A stretch of DNA of 64,000 bases, from NCBI RefSeq assembly GCF_037042905.1, contig NC_087245.1, forward strand, positions 35,342,001 to 35,406,000, written 5' to 3'. The notes beneath the pieces were generated by a model. The model was given only the letters and a program-made list of their open reading frames with translations. It was not told where the DNA came from and made no database searches. Below are positions 62,901 to 64,000 of this stretch, one piece after another (position 1 is the first letter of the stretch; each line of letters opens with the position of its first letter). A program made the translations under genes and the position numbers. This stretch comes from Lytechinus pictus (taxonomy: Eukaryota).

Positions 62901-63599
62901 ACTTAAAACTAGGACAATTATATATCTATATGTCTCTCATTATTTTTCTGGAAATTTAACTTAGTAGCTCTCAGTCTCAGATAGAGTGATTGCCATGATG
63001 GTGTTGTGTATTGTTTTATACCCCAATATATTCTATATTGTCATTGAAAACAACTTGCTACATGTATGTTATGTTTCTGTGGGTTTTTTTTATGTGTGAT
63101 TCATAAATTTGTATTTCTCCCTTATCACAAACTGATCATTGTATTCTGTGAAAATGCTTGGCTTGTCCTTTCATAGGTTTTTAGTTTTATATTACTGCCT
63201 TGGATAGTTTCATTAACTATACCATACATTAGAATTAATAATTGTTTTTATTTTATATTGATGTTTTTTATGTACATATCAACAATATGAAACAATCAAG
63301 AAGTGATGATATGTATGTATTTCAGTTGGAAAATGAAAATATTTCATGGAAAAGGTTATTTAGAAAATTTCATTCATTGAGAAATCACTGTGTGATATTT
63401 GAAACAACAAGTACTCTACCCCCCTTTAACAGTTTTGAGCAAACTTCTACTACTACTCCTAGTTCCTACTACTACTATTGATAATAAAGTAATATCAATA
63501 ATAATGAAAATCTATATTTTATTGTTCGAAATAGAAATCTTCCAAAAAGTAATTTTGGCCAGTTGATCGTGGGCCTGGCAGCCACTGAGCCATTAATGC

Positions 63600-63755
63600 T
63601 ACATTAAGTTGTTCTTTCCCCTAATGTAAAATCGTTGAACGCCAAACCGGGAAGCAGCAACTCCCATCTTTAAATATCTTTCGGTCTGACGAAGCCAGGG
63701 CTTGACTGCCCGACCTCCCGGCTCTGAGAAGGATACTCTACCAACTGAGCCCAAC
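63600..63755 (-). mobile_element. tRNA-derived SINE
   Basis: A box GGCTCAGTTGGTAGAG, degenerate B box CAGTCAAGCCC, then CAGACCGAAAGATATTTAAAGATGGGAGTTGCTGCTTC, which from memory resembles a MetaSINE/MESC-type core. Confidence 0.65.
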
Positions 63756-64000
63756 TTACCTGTAAAGAAAATATTCAAATTAATTATACCCCTGCAGAAG
63801 GAAGTTTGAAGGGGGTAATGTAGAATCAGCGTTTGGTTTGGTGCATGGGCGGTGGGTCGGTCCATCCATTGCAAATCTTGCGGGTCAAACTACTTTCTGA
63901 TTCTTATAAATGAAATTTGAAATACTAATTTGTCTTGGGGTAAAGATGTGTGAGACACATTTTTCGCATATGTCAGAAATTGTGTTGCCATGGTAATGGT

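Noticed and set aside
63680..63755. Possible tRNA gene
   Set aside because: The B box/T-arm is degenerate and it runs into a SINE-like body.

Overview
This is AT-rich, intron-rich animal genomic DNA. The repeat families suggest an invertebrate deuterostome, probably a sea urchin or other echinoderm (inference). Two host genes lie head-to-head across a CpG-rich promoter at about 22.3-24.8 kb. (1) Minus strand: a UBF/UBTF ortholog (RNA Pol I upstream binding factor), with 12 phase-consistent coding exons from ATG 23381 down to 229; the gene runs off the left edge. (2) Plus strand: a complete 11-exon, 634-aa GGT7-like gamma-glutamyltransferase (24763-59927) with several degenerate substrate-binding residues. 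The introns are packed with MITEs, Helentron-associated/pearl-like modular repeats and nested LINE fragments, and a tRNA-derived SINE lies downstream of the GGT gene. The most unusual object is an 8.1-kb CMC/EnSpm-like element (25659-33735) in GGT intron 1. It has no visible transposase. It carries a cell-cycle-type promoter and a set of spliceable minus-strand exons that join in frame to a predicted 145-aa chimeric ORF: an exonised RTE-LINE tail plus a triplicated 33-37 aa repeat. All gene models were assembled by eye from splice signals and reading frames. No database search was run.
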